Source of the DNA: an uncultured cyanobacterium
GTDB lineage: Bacteria; Cyanobacteriota; Cyanobacteriia; Phormidesmidales; Phormidesmidaceae
Direction of reading: 5' to 3'
Length of the DNA stretch: 64,000 nucleotides
Assembly: GCA_963793265.1 (NCBI GenBank)
Contig: CAWBZI010000002.1
Coordinates: 288,001-352,000, forward strand
The notes beneath the pieces were generated by a model. It had not been told where the DNA came from, did no database searches, and was given only the letters and a program-made list of their open reading frames with translations. Of this stretch, positions 30,530-41,004 are shown piece after piece. How positions within the stretch are numbered: the first letter of the stretch is position 1; each line of letters opens with the position of its first letter. The position numbers and the translations under genes were made by a program.

Positions 30530-32827
30530 ATGAATAACCTATCATCGCTACCCTCTATACTAAAACGCAGGGCGATTCCTGCGGCGATCACGGTGCTTTG
30601 TGCGATCGCGCTTGGCGTCATTCACGGTCTGTTTTCAAAGCCTATCTACGAAGCCTCTACCCGGCTAATTGTAGGCGCGCAAACCGTTAGCCTCTCTGAA
30701 ATTGGCCAGGATATTAACGAAAGTCGGCGCAACATCCCCACCGGAGCTACTTTACTTGCGACCCAATCAGAACTTATTAAGTCAGAGCGAGTGCTAGCAG
30801 GTGCTCTAGCGTCTCTATCGCCGGAATTTGCTGAACTAGGTGTTTTAGAAGAGCCGCTTACGATCGAAGCGATTAAAGAGAATTTGACGGTTTCTATTAT
30901 TCCAGCGACTAATATCCTCGAATTAACGTTTGTTCACGCCGATCCGGCGGTTGCAGCAGCGGTGCTGAATCAAGTTGCCGAAGCCGTTGTTGCTGAGGGA
31001 GCCGAGTCTATTCGTGCTCAAGCAGCCTCAGCGCGTCGCTTTTTAGAAGAGAAAATTCCTGAGCAGCGATCTAAGCTTTTGGAAATTGAAGCAGCCGAAA
31101 CGCTGTACCGTCAGGAAACCGGCATTGTCTCTTTAGACGTGCAAACGCAGAACTGGATTGAAAGCCTCACTCAGGTACGGGCTCAAGAGCTAAGTCTGGC
31201 AACGCAGCTTCAAGAGGCGCAGGTTCGAGATGACGCTTTGAGAAACGTGACCGGCGTCAATAGCTTAGAGCGGGCTTATTCTAGCGTTCGAGTCGGCCAG
31301 AATGAAACTATCAATCAGCTCGAAGCGCAGCTTGTAGAAATAGAGAGTGTCGTTGCCGAAACCGAGTCTTTGATTGGGCCAAGGCACCCGGATATGGTTG
31401 AACTTTTGGCCCGCAGAGATAAGCTGCGTAATTTTTATCAGCAGACAGTCGCAGGCTTAATTCCAGGGTCAGCCGTCGCTTCACCCGCTAGTCAGGGGGC
31501 CGCAGAGGAGATCAGCCAGGATTTGATCTCTCAATATATTCTGGGACAGATTGAGCGTAATGCTCTAGCAGAAACGCTATCAACCGTTCAGTCAGAAAGA
31601 GAGCAGCTTGAGGGTAATCTGTCGCGGGTGCCTGAGTATCAGCAGCCGCTGTTTGCTTTGGTGCGTGATCGCGAAGAAGCCGCTAGCACGCTCTCTTTGC
31701 TGCGTAACAAACTAGAAGAAGCTCGAATTGCCGAAGCGCAGGTGACGGATATCATTCGGATCTCAGATTCGGCGCAAGTCCCGACTGAGCCGAGCAGCTC
31801 AGGACTGGTGAGCCTAGCTGTTTCAGGTTTTGCGGGGCTGCTTTTAGCAGTAGGCGTGGTTTTGCTACTCGAAACGATAGACGACCGGCTGCATACCGTA
31901 GAAGAGTTGGAAGCGGCTGTTGATCTGCCAGTACTGGGGCTTTTGCCTAAAGGGTTACCGGCTGACTTTGGGCCTGGCAGTATGAGAGAATTTTTACAGA
32001 ATAATCAGTGGACTGAAGCCTATCGGCTGCTTTTTAAGGCGCTGGTTGCTTCTAGCTATCAGAGTGTTCATCAGAACGGCAATCAGAACGATAGTAAGAA
32101 CGATAGTAAGAATAGCTCTCGCACGCCAGCACTAAAGCCCGATGTGTTCGTACTAAGCGGCCTGCGAGATCAAGAGGGACAAACCCTGGCCGTCGCAAAT
32201 TTAGCAGCAGTTGCTTCGTGGCTATCTCAAAAAACGCTCATCATTGACGCCAACGTGCAGCAGCCCTTTCAACACCTTTTCTTCGATGTTTCGAGCCAAC
32301 CGGGCCTCAGCAATCTTTTAGAGAATCGAACGCTCAGCGATCCTCACGCTATTCTCAAATCTGCTCAAATCAGTCCTATTTTAAACGTGAACGTGCTTCC
32401 CTATAGCGGTTCTGTTGGTGAGGCAAACGGAAATGACTACGGAAATGACTTAGGCAAAAACGTTTCAGAAAATCCCAGAATGCGGGCTCTTTTGGCGGCG
32501 GCTTCAGAACAGTACGACTTTACAGTTGTTGCTGCGCCTGCGGTCGCAGACTGTGCGGATGCGGCCACGTTGAGTAGCTACGGCGCAGGTCTGGTGCTGG
32601 TAGTGCAGGCTAATGTTACAACCAAATCGCTGCTAAAGCAGTCGCTCAAAAAGTTGAGCCAAAGCGGCACGCCAGTTATTGGCCTTGTTATGGCGCAAAC
32701 GCTTGATGATAGAGAGCCTGACTACTCCTTGAGCTATCCCTACGAGCAAGCCGCTAACCACACTGCGTTTCCTGTGAGTCTATTGCCCCGAAGAAAATCT
32801 TCTCAGGGAAAAGTCTATACCGAATAA
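30530..32827 (+). CDS. Wzc/GumC-like polysaccharide co-polymerase with degenerate kinase domain
   Basis: Two TMs flanking a coiled-coil region (YEASTRL, HPDMVEL, LEEARIAEA) and a C-terminal P-loop-like domain. Confidence 0.88.
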   Translation: MNNLSSLPSILKRRAIPAAITVLCAIALGVIHGLFSKPIYEASTRLIVGAQTVSLSEIGQDINESRRNIPTGATLLATQSELIKSERVLAGALASLSPEFAELGVLEEPLTIEAIKENLTVSIIPATNILELTFVHADPAVAAAVLNQVAEAVVAEGAESIRAQAASARRFLEEKIPEQRSKLLEIEAAETLYRQETGIVSLDVQTQNWIESLTQVRAQELSLATQLQEAQVRDDALRNVTGVNSLERAYSSVRVGQNETINQLEAQLVEIESVVAETESLIGPRHPDMVELLARRDKLRNFYQQTVAGLIPGSAVASPASQGAAEEISQDLISQYILGQIERNALAETLSTVQSEREQLEGNLSRVPEYQQPLFALVRDREEAASTLSLLRNKLEEARIAEAQVTDIIRISDSAQVPTEPSSSGLVSLAVSGFAGLLLAVGVVLLLETIDDRLHTVEELEAAVDLPVLGLLPKGLPADFGPGSMREFLQNNQWTEAYRLLFKALVASSYQSVHQNGNQNDSKNDSKNSSRTPALKPDVFVLSGLRDQEGQTLAVANLAAVASWLSQKTLIIDANVQQPFQHLFFDVSSQPGLSNLLENRTLSDPHAILKSAQISPILNVNVLPYSGSVGEANGNDYGNDLGKNVSENPRMRALLAAASEQYDFTVVAAPAVADCADAATLSSYGAGLVLVVQANVTTKSLLKQSLKKLSQSGTPVIGLVMAQTLDDREPDYSLSYPYEQAANHTAFPVSLLPRRKSSQGKVYTE

Positions 32828-34275
32828 TGCCTATGCTCTTGCCTACAGTCATGCAGAACAAAATAGCGCGATCGCCCGTTTTCTTAGGAACAGCAAGCGC
32901 ATCAATCGGTATAGTAGGCGGCGGACTGGCAATCTATGAGCCCAAACTTTTCTTTGCAGGCGCGATCACCCTAATGGTTGGCGGCTGCTTTTTCGCCTTC
33001 TCACAACAAACCATCATCTTTCTTTTAATCTTACGCAGCGGCCTAGATGCCTTTTCAGCCCAAAGCCTCCCTGCCGCTTTCGCCCTTGGGCTGGATGCTT
33101 TAGTCATCACTTATGTTTTAGTCGCCATTCTCACCCATCAAAAAATACAGGTTGATAGAGCTTGGTGCCTGTTCGCCGGATGGATCGCTATTCAGAGTTT
33201 ATGGCCCGTACTCACCGCTATTGGCGGCCTGCCTCTAGGCAGCGCATTTTTAACTGAGAGCATTCGCGAATGGGTCAGAGTTTTCTCCTGGCTGATGGTT
33301 TATTTAATTATTAATCAGCTAAAAGACAAGCTGCATCCCGAGCAAGTGATTAATCGTCTCTTTTGGGCCTTAGCCATTCCACTGACTGCCGCCGCTCTAC
33401 AGCTTGCTGTTCCGCTCCACTTACTACCTAGCTTTTTACAGCCGATTTCTGCCACCGTATTTAAAGTAGGCTCCCGCATTAATGGCACGCTAGGGCACCC
33501 GAACACGTTTGCCTCTTTTTTGGTGTTGTTTGTAGCGCTCACGTATTGGAAGCTGGGGCGATCGCATCAAAAAGTCCTCTGGATTCTACTCTTAGGCGCA
33601 GAAATCTTCTTTTTAGTCAATACAAAAGCCTTGGTCGGCCTATCCATGTTAGGCGTTCTACTTTTAGTGCTCACCCTACCGCAGCTTAGCGTTCGGCGTT
33701 TAGTAGGGGCCATATTAATCATCGCTGTGCTGCTAGCTTTTTTCGCCAGCACAGAATTTGGCAGAGAACGGCTCGCCTCCGTACTCGAAACGCCGATTCT
33801 CAATCCTGACATCTCGATCAACCGAGCTGTTTTACTCTCCTGGTTTGACGGCAACAGCTTTAACTGGCGGCTGGCTCAGTGGACTTTTTTGATTGAAGAA
33901 TGGAAGCGATCGCCTATTTTCGGATACGGCTTAGGGCTAGCAACCTACTTAGGGCCGATCCAAGCCTACGCGCACAATGATTACATTCGAGCTTTGGTAG
34001 AAGGCGGTATCGTAGGCTTCTGCGCATTTCTACTATTACAGCTTGGGCAGCTCATCTACCTAGTTCGGCTGTGGTTCGGCAGCCAAAACCTAGCCCAAAA
34101 GAATTTTTGTCTAGGACTAATTGCTGTTCTTATCGCCGCTCTAGTCGGCATGGCTACCGAAAATATTTGGAGCCACACCACATTCTTCTTCTACTGGTGG
34201 ACGCTGTTTGCCATAGCCGGTTGGGACTGGAATCAGTCTGCTGTTGAACAATCGCCCTCACTTAAAAAATTATGA
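32827..34275 (+). CDS. O-antigen ligase / Wzy-like polymerase
   Basis: Multi-TM; RINGTLGHPN, NSFNWR, SPIFGYGLG, AHNDY. Confidence 0.88.
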   Translation: MPMLLPTVMQNKIARSPVFLGTASASIGIVGGGLAIYEPKLFFAGAITLMVGGCFFAFSQQTIIFLLILRSGLDAFSAQSLPAAFALGLDALVITYVLVAILTHQKIQVDRAWCLFAGWIAIQSLWPVLTAIGGLPLGSAFLTESIREWVRVFSWLMVYLIINQLKDKLHPEQVINRLFWALAIPLTAAALQLAVPLHLLPSFLQPISATVFKVGSRINGTLGHPNTFASFLVLFVALTYWKLGRSHQKVLWILLLGAEIFFLVNTKALVGLSMLGVLLLVLTLPQLSVRRLVGAILIIAVLLAFFASTEFGRERLASVLETPILNPDISINRAVLLSWFDGNSFNWRLAQWTFLIEEWKRSPIFGYGLGLATYLGPIQAYAHNDYIRALVEGGIVGFCAFLLLQLGQLIYLVRLWFGSQNLAQKNFCLGLIAVLIAALVGMATENIWSHTTFFFYWWTLFAIAGWDWNQSAVEQSPSLKKL

Positions 34276-35273
34276 AAACTCTGTCTTCTTACGATCTGTC
34301 GCCCAAAGTCTCTGTGCTGATTCCGGCTTACAATGCCATGGAATTTTTGCCTGCGACTGTTGACAGCGTTCTTGCTCAAACCTATCAAAACTTTGAAGTT
34401 ATTGTTGTTAATGATGGCAGTATTGATCACGTTGAAGACTGGGTAAATGAACTGTCCGATCAGCGCGTTAAGCTTGTTTCTCAGCCTAATCAAGGTTTGG
34501 CGAGCGCCCGCAATACTGGACTCGCGAACGCAAAAGGAGACTATATTGCTTTTATTGATGCCGACGATCTTTGGCTACCTGACAAGCTAGAGAAACAGGT
34601 GCAGCTATTAGATACTCAGCCAGATTTAGGGTTGGTGTATACCTGGATCGCTTTAATTGATGAAACAGGAAAGCCACAGGGGAAACTTCGTAAAAACCAC
34701 GCTCAGGGCGATGTGTGGGTGCAGCTTACCACCCACAATATTGTAGAGTGCGGCAGCGTGGCGCTAGTGCGGCGAGAATGCTTTGATAAAGTGGGTCTGT
34801 TTGACGAAACGCTGCCATTTTCTTGCTCTGAAGACTGGGATATGTGGCTAAGAATTGCCGCTCACTATAGCTTTGGCCTGGTAGCTGAACCCTTAGTACA
34901 GTATCGATGCCACTCAAATAATCTTTCTAGTCGGTGGCAGGCAATGGAAGAAAGCTTTCAAATTGTTTTAAAGAAGACTTTTGATGCGGCTCCAGAGGCA
35001 ATGCAGGCTTATAAGAACAGAAGCTACGGTGCTGCTAAGCTGCGAGTGGCGTGGAAGGCACTGCAAAACTCAAACGGCGACTATCAAACGGCTGTGCGAT
35101 TTGAGCGAGAGGCGATCGCCGACTACCCACCTATCCGAGGCACCCGCGAGTACCTACGATTCAAAACAGCGCTGTTGTTTGTTCAGCTATTTGGTCTAGA
35201 GCCTTACACTCGCTGTCGCCAGATTGTTTACCGGCTTAAAGATACGACTGCTCAGCTAGCAAACCGAACTTAA
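34272..35273 (+). CDS. Glycosyltransferase family 2
   Basis: VSVLIPAYN, VNDGS, ARNTG, FIDADD, EDWDMWLR. Confidence 0.93.
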   Translation: MKTLSSYDLSPKVSVLIPAYNAMEFLPATVDSVLAQTYQNFEVIVVNDGSIDHVEDWVNELSDQRVKLVSQPNQGLASARNTGLANAKGDYIAFIDADDLWLPDKLEKQVQLLDTQPDLGLVYTWIALIDETGKPQGKLRKNHAQGDVWVQLTTHNIVECGSVALVRRECFDKVGLFDETLPFSCSEDWDMWLRIAAHYSFGLVAEPLVQYRCHSNNLSSRWQAMEESFQIVLKKTFDAAPEAMQAYKNRSYGAAKLRVAWKALQNSNGDYQTAVRFEREAIADYPPIRGTREYLRFKTALLFVQLFGLEPYTRCRQIVYRLKDTTAQLANRT

Positions 35274-35293
35274 GCTCTCTTTTCTTTCAAACT

Positions 35294-36727
35294 ATGCCTA
35301 CGCCTCAAAACATCAAAAACAAAGTCCTTAGAGGGGGCATTTTTCTTACGCTCCGGCAGCTCTTATCTTCTGGGCTCTCTCTGGTTAGCGTATTGGTCAT
35401 CGCCCGCACGCTAGGCCCTGAGAAATATGGGCTAGTCGCCAGTTCGCTAGGTATCTTTTACTTTTTGGCCTGGACAGGACAAATGGGCCTGAACATGTAC
35501 ATCGTCAGACAGCCTGATTTAGACAATCGCGAAGCCGAGCAGCTTTTGGCCTTTTATAGTACGGCGGGCTTAGTTTTTTGCGTAGGCGTGTGGGCGATCG
35601 CACCTTTGTTCGGTCAGTGGACAGGCGTATCAGAAGTCTCTAACATCTTGCGATGGCTCGTACCTGCGATTTGGCTCCATATGCTCGGCGGCGTTTCGTT
35701 TGGAATGCTTACCCGCGAGCTAGCTTTCGATCGCGTCAGCTTGGTAGAAAGCCTCTCGCAGATTGCAAACTATCTTCTCTCGGTTCCCCTGGTGCTGATT
35801 TATAAGAGCTATTGGGGGCCAATTGCAGGCACGCTGCTACAGTTTGTAATAGCAGCAGGCTTAGCGTTTGCCCTTTACCCAGTGCGGCTCACCCTACGGT
35901 GGAAATGGTCATCACTTAAAAAAATGATGGCTTACGGTATCACCTATTTTATGGCGACCTGGGTTCAAAGCCTGCGGGTGCTGACGATTCCGATGGTCGT
36001 GACGCCTTTAGCAGGCATAGAAGCCGCCGGGATTGTCGGCATTACCGTTCGTATGTTAGAGCAGCTTTCGCTTTTAAGAAATGTGATTCGCAGTATGTCT
36101 ATTAGCGTAATGGCGAAGCTAATGGACAATTCAGCCGCCGTTCAACGCGCGTTAAATAGAGGCATGAGCTATATGTCTTTACTCATGATCTCGGTATGCG
36201 CAACGTTTGCCTGCCTGTCGCCTTGGGCAATTCCGCTGCTATTTGGCGCAGAATGGGTTGAAAGCACTCGAATCTTTCCGCCAATCGCTTTTGCAGCCTC
36301 AGTGGTCGCTATTTTTGATCTGCATTTAGCAACCCTACATGCCATTGGTAAAAATACCGCCGTTACGCTGCAAAACCTGGCGTATATGGGTTTACTGTGG
36401 CTAAGCTGCTGGCTTTTAATTCCGCCATTGGGACTGTGGGGATACGCGATCGCTGAAGTCGTTGCCCTCCCCACCTTTTATGTCTCTCATCGAGCATTTA
36501 GCACACTCTACGGCCCCCCCAACTATTGGAATGCAGCTTTAATTCTAACGACTGCTATTCCTGCTCTTATCGCTAGCGTCTTGTTTTTACCTACTGTCAG
36601 CGTTGCTGTTTTAGGATTTAGCTATGCTGCTTTAATTGCTGCCAACTCAAGCGTGAGAAAGGTGCTGCTAGAACTTTTTCAGATTATCAGATCGATGAAA
36701 TCCGAGAATAAGCTAGATGTTGTTTAG
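35294..36727 (+). CDS. Wzx-type oligosaccharide flippase
   Basis: Hydrophobic multi-TM protein; IARTLGPEKYG, LLFGAEW; inside the EPS cluster. Confidence 0.87.
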   Translation: MPTPQNIKNKVLRGGIFLTLRQLLSSGLSLVSVLVIARTLGPEKYGLVASSLGIFYFLAWTGQMGLNMYIVRQPDLDNREAEQLLAFYSTAGLVFCVGVWAIAPLFGQWTGVSEVSNILRWLVPAIWLHMLGGVSFGMLTRELAFDRVSLVESLSQIANYLLSVPLVLIYKSYWGPIAGTLLQFVIAAGLAFALYPVRLTLRWKWSSLKKMMAYGITYFMATWVQSLRVLTIPMVVTPLAGIEAAGIVGITVRMLEQLSLLRNVIRSMSISVMAKLMDNSAAVQRALNRGMSYMSLLMISVCATFACLSPWAIPLLFGAEWVESTRIFPPIAFAASVVAIFDLHLATLHAIGKNTAVTLQNLAYMGLLWLSCWLLIPPLGLWGYAIAEVVALPTFYVSHRAFSTLYGPPNYWNAALILTTAIPALIASVLFLPTVSVAVLGFSYAALIAANSSVRKVLLELFQIIRSMKSENKLDVV

Positions 36728-36772
36728 CTCACCTGCCTAGTTAATTATTCAGTTAACCATTAGTAGCTCACA

Positions 36773-37708
36773 ATGAAAATTCATAGCATTTGCCTGGCTA
36801 AAAACGAAGCAGACATTATCGCTCAGACGTTATCTAAAGCTGTTGAGTGGTGTGACTATATCTATGTAGTTGATAACAACAGCAGTGACCCCACCTGGGA
36901 GATCGTTCAAGACTTAGCCAGCACACATCCCCAAATTATCCCACACAAGCGAGACGCCAGAGCTTTCTTTGATAGTATGCGAGGTGAAGTATTTAATGAT
37001 TTCCGCCATCTCACTCAGCCTGGCGACTGGTGGTGTAAGCTCGATGCTGACGAATTTTATATCGACAATCCACGTACCTTCTTAAGCGATATCCCAATTC
37101 AATATCAGGCTGTGTGGGCTGCTAGCTTTCAGTATTATTTTACAGACAAAGACCTAGCGCGCTACGAGCAAGATCCGACTGCTTTTGCAGACGATATTCC
37201 AGTTGAAAAGAAGTGTCGGTACTATCGCAATGACTGGTCAGAAAATAGATTTTTTCGATACGACAAGAAGATAGTGTGGGATACCCAAGATAAAGTTCGG
37301 AGCTGGCCTTTTTTTGGAGCTGTTTATCCTAAAAGAATTCGACTCAAACATTTTCAGTATCGATCGCCACAGCAGATCAAACAGCGGCTTGCAACACGCT
37401 TTGAGGCCGCGTTATCAGGGTGCTCGCCATCTTTATTTTCACATGAGAGGCAGCTTTTCTCAGACCAAGCTGACAGCCAAACCCAATCGCTCGAAAGCAG
37501 CCTGGACAGCCTCTGGGAAAAACGCATTGTTAAAGCTTCCGAACTAAGTTTTGATCTTCTAGACAACCGCTACTTGATGAGAGAAGATTTGATGCCTCCG
37601 ATCCCCAAGTCTTATTTTCCATCCGTTGAGAATAAAGTAAGGTACCTAAAAAAGTACGTCAATAGAACAACGCTTAGTAAGATTCCGCTTTTAGGTAGAC
37701 GTGCGTGA
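36773..37708 (+). CDS. Glycosyltransferase family 2-like
   Basis: AKNEADII, VDNNSSD, WWCKLDADEF, HFQYRS. Confidence 0.85.
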   Translation: MKIHSICLAKNEADIIAQTLSKAVEWCDYIYVVDNNSSDPTWEIVQDLASTHPQIIPHKRDARAFFDSMRGEVFNDFRHLTQPGDWWCKLDADEFYIDNPRTFLSDIPIQYQAVWAASFQYYFTDKDLARYEQDPTAFADDIPVEKKCRYYRNDWSENRFFRYDKKIVWDTQDKVRSWPFFGAVYPKRIRLKHFQYRSPQQIKQRLATRFEAALSGCSPSLFSHERQLFSDQADSQTQSLESSLDSLWEKRIVKASELSFDLLDNRYLMREDLMPPIPKSYFPSVENKVRYLKKYVNRTTLSKIPLLGRRA

Positions 37709-37739
37709 ACACTCTGAAGGCTTAGCCGCTAATTTTCCT

Positions 37740-38780
37740 ATGTCTCTGGTATCTGTTATTATTCCGTGCTATAACGCAATGCAGTTTTTGCCTAGCGCAA
37801 TATCGAGCGTTCTAGCACAAACGTATCAAAATTTTGAAATTGTTATAGTTAACGATGGTAGCTCCGACAATATTGAAGCTTGGGTTAGCACACTCAAAGA
37901 CGATCGCATTCGCTTGATTTCTCAGGTCAATAAAGGGCTAGCCGAAGCTCGTAATACGGGCCTCCAGAACGCGATTGGAGACTACATAGCCTTCTTGGAT
38001 GCTGATGATGTATGGCATTCTCAAAAGCTAGAGAAGCAAGTGCTAGTTTTAGATACTCATGCTGAGGTTGGATTGGTGTATAGCTGGATTTTGCTGATTG
38101 ATAAGTATAATCGCCCGCTGAAAAAGGTCTGGACAATTAGTGCAGAAGGAAACGTTTGGAAGAAGATTACTGAAGGCAATATCATCGCCTGTGGCAGCGT
38201 ACCGATGATTCGCCGCACCTGCATAGAAACTGTGGGTTTATTTTCAGATTTCCCTCTTTGTGAAGACTGGGATTTTTGGCTACGCATTGCTGCTCACTAC
38301 CCTTTTAAAGTCATTAGAGAAATATTAGTCTTCTACAGAGAGACACCCAATAGCGCATCGCGCATTCAGGCCAACGGCACTGAAGGTAAGCTTCAGGAGA
38401 TGGACAAAAATTTTCATTTATTAATAAAAAGAGCTTTTGCAAACGTTTCTTCAGACCTCAAACAGTTAGAGGCGCGCAGTCATGCTTTGATCGATCTTCA
38501 GATCGCCTGGATCGCACTAAAAAGCCATGGAAACAGCTACAAACACTTTGAATATTACAAGGCTCAAGCGCTCCTATGCGATCCTCAGATAGCTTCTCTT
38601 TCGGCGTATAAAAAGATTGTCTGGGCTGAGCGATTTATCCGGCTTTTGGGCCCTCAATCCTACAACGGCCTAAAAGCACTGCCACTTAAGCCTTTAAGCA
38701 ATTACAGGCTGATTATCGATGCTGATATAGAACTTAGGCGTATCGTAGGACGAGAACCTAAGAACGTTGTAGGATATTAG
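37740..38780 (+). CDS. Glycosyltransferase family 2, paralog of 34272-35273
   Basis: VSVIIPCYN, FLDADD, EDWDFWLR; ATG 37740 preferred over GTG 37701. Confidence 0.9.
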   Translation: MSLVSVIIPCYNAMQFLPSAISSVLAQTYQNFEIVIVNDGSSDNIEAWVSTLKDDRIRLISQVNKGLAEARNTGLQNAIGDYIAFLDADDVWHSQKLEKQVLVLDTHAEVGLVYSWILLIDKYNRPLKKVWTISAEGNVWKKITEGNIIACGSVPMIRRTCIETVGLFSDFPLCEDWDFWLRIAAHYPFKVIREILVFYRETPNSASRIQANGTEGKLQEMDKNFHLLIKRAFANVSSDLKQLEARSHALIDLQIAWIALKSHGNSYKHFEYYKAQALLCDPQIASLSAYKKIVWAERFIRLLGPQSYNGLKALPLKPLSNYRLIIDADIELRRIVGREPKNVVGY

Positions 38781-38785
38781 AACAG

Positions 38786-40945
38786 ATGAGAAAATTATAT
38801 CCTCTCTCACCTTTTGCAGCTTTCTTCACGGCTGCATTTTACGCTATGACCCTTGCTGATTCGCTTCTGCCAGCAACCTCTCTAGCATGGCAGCCTCTCA
38901 ATGAACCAGGCGTCGGTGGACGCATCGATAGTATTGCTGTAAGTCCCCACAGCACAAACCATGTTTTAGCGGGCGGCGACATTCTGGGGGCCTATCTTTC
39001 TACCAATAACGGCGATAGTTGGTCGGCTACATCAGGCTGGCTAAACTACGAAATATCTGACTTTACCTGGCACCCTGAAAATTCAGATATCGTGTGGGCG
39101 GGCTCGCTTAGCGGGCCTCATTTGAGCACAGACGGCGGAAGAACTTGGGACGTAAAGCGCTCTGGTATGCCCGCAGTTGACGACGGGCAATATACCGCCC
39201 CGGTCGAAAAGGTTCTGTTTGATCCTGATAGCAGTCGGATGCTTGCGTTTGGTGGCGACCATCGGCAGCTAAAGTACGAAAGAGATATTCTCAACTACGG
39301 CACTGTTTGGGTGACTTATGACGAGGGTGAGAATTGGAGTCGCCTGTCTGAGATTGTTAAGGGTGCCAATATTATGGCAGCGAGCTATGCGGGTGGCTCT
39401 AGCCATGAAATTTATACGGCCGTATGGAATCGCGGTGCTTTCTATAGTAGCGATGACGGTGCTACTTGGACGCAGCGTAGCGGCGGGCTACCAACTGATG
39501 GGAATGGAAATATCCCAATTTCTGATCTGGCGGTTCATCCTGCTGATTCTAATACGCTTTGGGCGACGGTGAAAGGCTTTGGCGTTTACAAGTCAGCTAA
39601 TGCCGGGCAGTCCTGGCAGTTGTTGAATCAGGGCATTCCTTCAGGCGGCAGTGAGTTTTGGTCTGTTGAGGTAAGCCCAGACGGACAGACTTTGTATGCG
39701 GGGAATAAGAATTTTAGCGATCGCCCCGGCGTTTATAAGAGCAAAGACGGCGGCAGCAGTTGGCAGCATCAGTTTCACAACAAAAATCAAATTCAAGGCA
39801 GCCAAAAGCCCTATCCTGGCGGCATTGTGCCCTGGTGGATCGAAGTCTCACCGAAGACTAACCAGACCGTTGCCCAGACGGTCTTTGTCGGCACAGACAA
39901 TGCTATCTATCGCAGTGATGATGGCGGTGTAAACTGGGCAATTTTGGGTGCACAAAAGACTGCTCAGGGCTGGCGGGGCAGTGGATTCAGTGGACTGGTA
40001 GCGAGAAATGTAGAATGGAATCCCTACGATCAAAATCATGTTGTGCTTCAGGGAATGGACGGTGCAAAAGCAATTCAGTCGTGGGATGGCGGAAATAACT
40101 GGCGCGTGAACAACAGCGGGCTACCGTCCTACCAGGGTGGGCACGACGTTGCCTTTGCCCCCGGTTCAGTATTTAGCGTGTTCGGACAAAGGGATAAGGG
40201 TGCTCAAAGCTCAAGTTTGATTGGTCGCAGTCAAGATGCGGGCCGCAGTTGGACGCTGTTGCCGCCCCCAGTGAACGCGGCTGAGGCAACTCAGATCCAT
40301 GTTGATCCCAACAATTCCAATCGGCTGTGGGTGGTGATCGATCAACAGCTTTGGTATAGCAACAATGCCAATCAGAGCGCAACGCCCGCATGGACTCAGT
40401 TAAATGTGGGGTTTGGTAGCAATGCGGTGGGTGAGATAGAAGCGATTCCAGGGTCGGAAGATATGTTTTATATCGCGACGGGTAACGGCGTTTATCGTAC
40501 AAACAATGGCATTGACTTTAATCCTATTGGGGGGCCGACAGGCGCTGTTGATGCGGAGCTAGCCATTTCTGCTGCTAACCCCAACGTTCTCTATACCGCC
40601 CAAACAAATGCAAATCAAAATGGCATCTGGCGCTACAGCACGCTTGAAAATAGCTGGTCGCCCCTATGGACAAATCCGCCTGTGACTTCCAAAGTTGGTG
40701 ACATCGCTGTCCATCCCACCAATCCCAACGTGCTCGCGCTCATCACTCACGATCAGCCCTTTCATGACAAAACTTGGGCAACAGGCGTTTGGCTAAGTCA
40801 GGATGCGGGGACAACCTGGCGACAGGAGAATCAGGGACTACCGATGCTGCGAGGAGAGGCGATCGCCTTTCATCCTAACGGCCAGTCGCTGGCTGTTGGC
40901 TTAGGCGGCGCTGGCTTCTACACTACAAACTTAGACGGCACATAG
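38786..40945 (+). CDS. Secreted Asp-box (BNR/VPS10, GH74-like) beta-propeller protein
   Basis: Signal-peptide-like N-terminus; about 10 SxDGGxxW-type boxes (STDGGRTW, SSDDGATW, SKDGGSSW, SQDAGTTW and others). Confidence 0.82.
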   Translation: MRKLYPLSPFAAFFTAAFYAMTLADSLLPATSLAWQPLNEPGVGGRIDSIAVSPHSTNHVLAGGDILGAYLSTNNGDSWSATSGWLNYEISDFTWHPENSDIVWAGSLSGPHLSTDGGRTWDVKRSGMPAVDDGQYTAPVEKVLFDPDSSRMLAFGGDHRQLKYERDILNYGTVWVTYDEGENWSRLSEIVKGANIMAASYAGGSSHEIYTAVWNRGAFYSSDDGATWTQRSGGLPTDGNGNIPISDLAVHPADSNTLWATVKGFGVYKSANAGQSWQLLNQGIPSGGSEFWSVEVSPDGQTLYAGNKNFSDRPGVYKSKDGGSSWQHQFHNKNQIQGSQKPYPGGIVPWWIEVSPKTNQTVAQTVFVGTDNAIYRSDDGGVNWAILGAQKTAQGWRGSGFSGLVARNVEWNPYDQNHVVLQGMDGAKAIQSWDGGNNWRVNNSGLPSYQGGHDVAFAPGSVFSVFGQRDKGAQSSSLIGRSQDAGRSWTLLPPPVNAAEATQIHVDPNNSNRLWVVIDQQLWYSNNANQSATPAWTQLNVGFGSNAVGEIEAIPGSEDMFYIATGNGVYRTNNGIDFNPIGGPTGAVDAELAISAANPNVLYTAQTNANQNGIWRYSTLENSWSPLWTNPPVTSKVGDIAVHPTNPNVLALITHDQPFHDKTWATGVWLSQDAGTTWRQENQGLPMLRGEAIAFHPNGQSLAVGLGGAGFYTTNLDGT

Positions 40946-41004
40946 CCGAGAATAACGTCAAAGCTGTCATACTTGAAAAAGTCGTTCGTTCAAAGGCTTG
41001 ACTG

